Shown here piece after piece: positions 51,936 through 56,176 of a stretch of 56,176 nt of DNA. The position numbers were made by a program, and so were the translations under genes. Origin of the DNA: Octopus bimaculoides (Eukaryota); the NCBI RefSeq assembly GCF_001194135.2, contig NC_068989.1, forward strand, positions 28,022,761 through 28,078,936. The letters run 5' to 3'. How positions within the stretch are numbered: the stretch's first letter is position 1; each line of letters opens with the position of its first letter. The notes under the pieces are model-generated. The model ran no database searches, was not told the origin of the DNA, and saw only the letters and a program-made list of their open reading frames with translations.

Positions 51936-52399
51936 TCTCAGCATTTTTATTGTCTTGTAATTCGGAGCGTGTATCTCTTCACAAAAGTCATAATAGAAGA
52001 ATGATTAATAAGGTATTTTAAGAGAAAAATTAGGAAAATGAAAATCTTATAGAGACAACTGCAGCAGATAAGAACGATACTTAATCTAAAATGACTTCTG
52101 AGAAGTTCTAAAGCTTCTAGAATGACTTGGCAAAATAAATAGCTTTAAGCACGAACGGATTGCCTTTCTTGATTATTTGGTTCTTTTGAGTATATTTAAG
52201 GTGGGTAGTATACGTTACCAAACATATTCACACACAAGCACACCTGTATATATATATATATATATATATATATGCGTGTGTGTGTGTGTGTGCGTGTGTG
52301 TGTGTGTGTGTCAGTGTGTGTATGTGTGTGTATGAGTGTGTATGTGCGTGTGTGTAAGTAAATATGGGGATAAGCAACTTAGACAGGTCTATATATAAA

Positions 52400-53005
52400 G
52401 TAGATTAAATACAAGGAAATGTATATATGTTTACATACAAAAAGGTCCGACTTACACAGAATAGAAATGATATTGAGAATTAAAGGGGTTGAAGAAAAGT
52501 ATTACAAATCCAACAACTGTTTCTGAGGGCTCGGTGGTCCAAAATAGTGTATGTAAATTGATTCCATCATCTGAAGAGACAAGCCTCCGTCATCAGGGAA
52601 GAGATCTTATATTTGAGGTGTTGAAAGAAAGAAGTTCAAAGATAGAATGATTTTGTGGAGAGTGTATTAGAGGGGGGAATTGGAGAGTATTCAGATAAAG
52701 AATAGTGAGAGGAGAAAATAAATTTCAAAGGTTAGGGGTTAATAAGGATGCTATTAGGGAGTTAGAGTAGTAAAGATGGAAGGTAGGAGGAAGAGGGGAT
52801 GGTGGTGTAGGTAGTATATTAATAATACCTATTGTGTTATTTTGTCTGAATGCTATAGAATTAATGGACGTAATTTGGAGAAAGGGAATGGCCATTATTT
52901 GACGGAAATAAGTTGACTGGTTCAGTCGCTGAGGGAGATAACTAAGGTATTTAGAGTGGTATGAAAGAGGATAGAGTGGGAATAGAGTGGGGTGAGTTGG
53001 TGGTC
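52400..53005 (-). mobile_element. Possible PLE 3' region
   Basis: AFRQNNT-like peptide, a pyrimidine-rich tail like that at 24300-24650, and a degenerate CTGATGA..GAAA motif. Confidence 0.35.
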
Positions 53006-53007
53006 AA

Positions 53008-55170
53008 TGTATAACTACGTTGGTGTAGTACGGAGTGTTCTGTGTGAACATAATAATTTTGCGATAGGTTATTGTAGATAGCCATATCCAAATATTCATT
53101 TCGGTAATACTATTCTTACACCCAACGTTTACACGCACGTCATAACAATTTTGGCGACGAGGATAATCGAAGCTCACGCTGGACCGATTTTTTTTCAACA
53201 TGGAAGGTTTACTAGCTTCGCTAATTTAATTACAACAACAACGGTTGCTGGAATTTCATAAGCAACAGCAACTGTTGGTTCAACTGATACAGAAGAAAAA
53301 AGAAAATACATCTAGTTCGTTCAACCCTGATGCTGATGCAAACTCGATCAGAGAGTTCCCATATAACCTAGAGGATGGTACAACCTTCCTTGCTTACTTT
53401 AGAAAGCATGAGGAAATTTTTAGCTAAGAATGCTCCACCTGGCAAGACGAAAACAAAACCGTCTTTTGTTTAGAAAGTTGGCACCAGCCGAGCTTGAGAA
53501 ATATTGAAATTACATATTACTAAAGAGACCAGGTGAAGTTTGCTTTGAAGAAACTGTGGATATTCTATCAAAGATTTTCAGCGAAAAAAGCTCTTTATTT
53601 AATACGCACTGGAAACGCATGAATATTAATAAAAAAGGACGACGGTTTTATTATATATGCTGGAATCCTTAAGAAGGAATGCAAAAGATGCTTAAATGTT
53701 TAATTTTCGTGCATGGTTTAACGGTAAAGAAAGACGTAAAAATTCGTAACCAAATTCTGACTAAATTGGAGCAGAATCAGAAGATAATACTACAAGAAAT
53801 ATCTGAGGAATGCCAGAGAATAAAATATCTAAGGCACGATACGGAACAAATTGAATGAGAAACTTCTCATATACAATCGGTGCGTCCGAAAGTAATGAAA
53901 ACCAGAAAATTAACCCATATTTTGGATGTGGAAAATTACACTACAGATTCAACTGTCCTTATAAAAATCAAAAATACTTCAAATCACGTAAACTGTTTAT
54001 CGGTGATAAGTAATACAAACGAGACCCAATGGAAATTTGCCTATGTAAAAATTAATAATACAAATATAAAATTACAGTTAGATACAGGTAGTGGCATTAC
54101 TTTAATTAATGAAAGCACATGGAAAAATCGGGAAACTTGCACTACAGAAAACTTCGAAGATTGCTCGTGGAGTCTCAGGTATTAAATTAATTTTTAAAGG
54201 TGAAATTATTTGTAAAGTTATATTTCGCGATAAGACTATAAAAGCGAAAGCTTATCACTTAAAAAATGCAAGCAACCTTTTTGGAATTGACTGGATGGAA
54301 CTGTTCGATTTATGGAATTTACCCATGAATAATTTTTGTAAAAATATAACGGTGTCGTTCGCCAGTTCAAATACCGAGTCTGAAAATTTTTAAAAAGAAG
54401 TGAAAAATGTCTTTTCGGACGAGTTGGATCGGTGCAATAAATTTAAAGCAAAATTTCAGGTAAAAGAAAATTCATTGCCAGTTTTCAAACCCAAACGTAA
54501 TATGCCGTTTGCAGCACTGGAAAAAGTGAATACGGAATTAGACAGACTGGAAAAATGGGAGTGATTGAAGAAAAGATCGGCTATTTACATTGGGTGTCTC
54601 CAACAGTGTATGTTAGAAAGAAGTACAATAAAATTCATGTGTGTTCAGATTTCGCAACAGGACTAAAGGAATGTTTAAGACAGTATACCCATTACCTAGC
54701 CCAGAGAAAGCCTTCTCGAAACTAAATGGTGGGAAACTGCTTTTGAAAATAGATATTTCTGATACTTACTTGCAAATGTCTGTACAAATTTAACCGGCTT
54801 CTGTTTGGCATAAAAGTTGCTCATAAAATGCTTGCAGATTGTAACTTCGTGATGACCAAAAATGAATACCGTGATCAGCATGTCGAGCATGTAAAATGTG
54901 TTTTTAAAAAATAAGAGATTACGGTTTCAAACTGAGTGAGGAGAAATGTGAATTTTTCTTACCTAAAATTAAATATTTAAGAGAAATTATTGAAAAAAAT
55001 AGTTGTCTACCAAATCCGTAGAGGGCAGATGCGATGAAAAATATGCCCCCTACGACAAATATATCTAACTTACACGCTTTTTTGGGGACTTGCAAACTAT
55101 TATTAAATTTCTATACCAAATAAGGTAAGAGCTCCACTACATAATCTACTAAAGAAAGACGTAAATTGGT
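53008..55170 (+). mobile_element. Decayed, 3'-truncated Ty3/Gypsy LTR retrotransposon (short 5' LTR, PBS, gag, protease, partial RT)
   Basis: LTR end ...GTCATAACA at 53147; gag-like GTTFLAYFRKHEEIF; protease KLQLDTGSGITLI; RT pieces PVFKPKRNMPFA, WVSPTVYV, DYGFKLSEEKC, FLGLANYY, LLKKDVNW. No RNase H or integrase seen. LTR start tentative. Confidence 0.88.
53152..53164 (+). promoter_or_regulatory. Primer-binding site complementary to the tRNA-Ser(GCT) 3' end
   Basis: TGGCGACGAGGAT lies four bases after the LTR-terminal ACA. It is complementary to ATCCTCGTCG-CCA, the 3' end of metazoan tRNA-Ser(GCT) as recalled from general knowledge. Confidence 0.75.
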
Positions 55171-55515
55171 TTTATAAAGCAGGATCTACTGTATTAAATC
55201 TCTGAGCGAGAAGTAGGTATTGCTTAATAGACACACAGTGATCTTTATCCGGAAAATTTTGAATTGTCTCAACGATCTCTCATGTTCTAATATCTCTCTC
55301 ATCTTCTCTGTATGTATACTTAGGGCTGAACCATTAGTGTAACTATGATGCTCTGGTGATCTGATGTACTAGTTTTATCTGCCCTGATTTGTTAATATAA
55401 AATTATATTGTGTAAAGCATGGCATGCCTATTAATGCAACAGACATATAAACAAAATTTATAAAACACTGAAATAGATAGATAGATAGATAGATATTTCC
55501 ATATACATACATACA

Positions 55516-55547
<32 letters not shown>

Positions 55548-55781
55548 GATAGATATATTCGTATGTTGCATTTGTAGATAATTGCCCACTTAATTTCATC
55601 CGGTCTATTTATCTAATGACCATATTTGTTTTTCCATTTAGTTTTACTACCAAATTATATACATAAGATTTACACGTCTTTCTATGTTTTATCTTTGGTT
55701 AATATATATTATTTGTCCGATTATATTGAGTCTGCAAGCCCTTTTTTATTGTCTAATATATTACTTCCATTATTTTGTTAT

Positions 55782-56064
55782 TGTTGTGGCGAGTCACGAC
55801 AGTCCCTGCGAGACTAGACTTGACTGAACGACTATAAATAGTAACGGTCTGAGTGAGAGACGGGAGAGGGTAGGCGTTAATCGCAGTAAGTCGCAAGGTG
55901 TTGTTTTAGTAGATTGTGGGAATATAGTTCGCTGTTTCGCCCATAGTTTGTGGAGAGTTTATTGGATTGTTACGTTGTTGTTACCCTGTTTCGTTATATG
56001 TTTATTTAGTGTATAAAAAAGTATCGTCATCAATTGTGGCGATACTACAATAATTGGCGACGAG
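55782..56064 (+). mobile_element. LTR of a second Gypsy-like family with PBS but no internal region
   Basis: TGT...ACA (ends 56049), internal TATAAATA, then ATAAT-TGGCGACGAG (56055-56064). No similarity to the 53008 LTR. Confidence 0.65.
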
Positions 56065-56084
56065 TAACGACGTTACAATAATTG

Positions 56085-56123
56085 CACACAAACGCACACA
56101 CATACACACACACACACACACAT

Positions 56124-56176
<53 letters not shown>
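56085..56176. repeat. (CA)n microsatellite
   Basis: Direct reading at the window end. Confidence 0.97.

Noticed and set aside
53008-56049. The two LTRs as the paired ends of one Gypsy element
   Set aside because: Sequences are dissimilar, the second is followed by a PBS rather than preceded by a PPT, and integrase is missing.

Overview
AT-rich, repeat-saturated eukaryotic non-coding DNA from a gapped assembly (15 N-gaps, about 5.7 kb in total, almost all flanked by microsatellites). The SINE families and microsatellite load suggest a coleoid cephalopod such as Octopus; this is an inference and was not checked. No intact host gene, rRNA, tRNA or CRISPR array is supported. The window holds two tRNA-derived SINE families, five decayed R4/Dong-clade (RLE-endonuclease) non-LTR retrotransposon fragments, several decayed Penelope-like elements (RT and GIY-YIG pieces), two Tc1-like transposase relics, a truncated Ty3/Gypsy element plus a second unrelated LTR (both with a tRNA-Ser PBS), and many simple or tandem repeats. 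The first highlight is a set of hammerhead ribozyme motifs. These are a canonical type I motif at 30841-30904 with a predicted loop-loop pseudoknot, a minimal palindromic one at 37830-37875, one broken by a single-base insertion at 36542-36581, and a non-canonical hammerhead-shaped motif in the 3' UTR of an R4-like element at 5500-5548. The second highlight is apparent microsatellite targeting by R4-clade elements: three fragments stacked head-to-tail between (TAA)n tracts, and a separate family whose two copies are bounded by (CATA)n-type repeats. All structures were folded by eye and boundaries of decayed elements are approximate.
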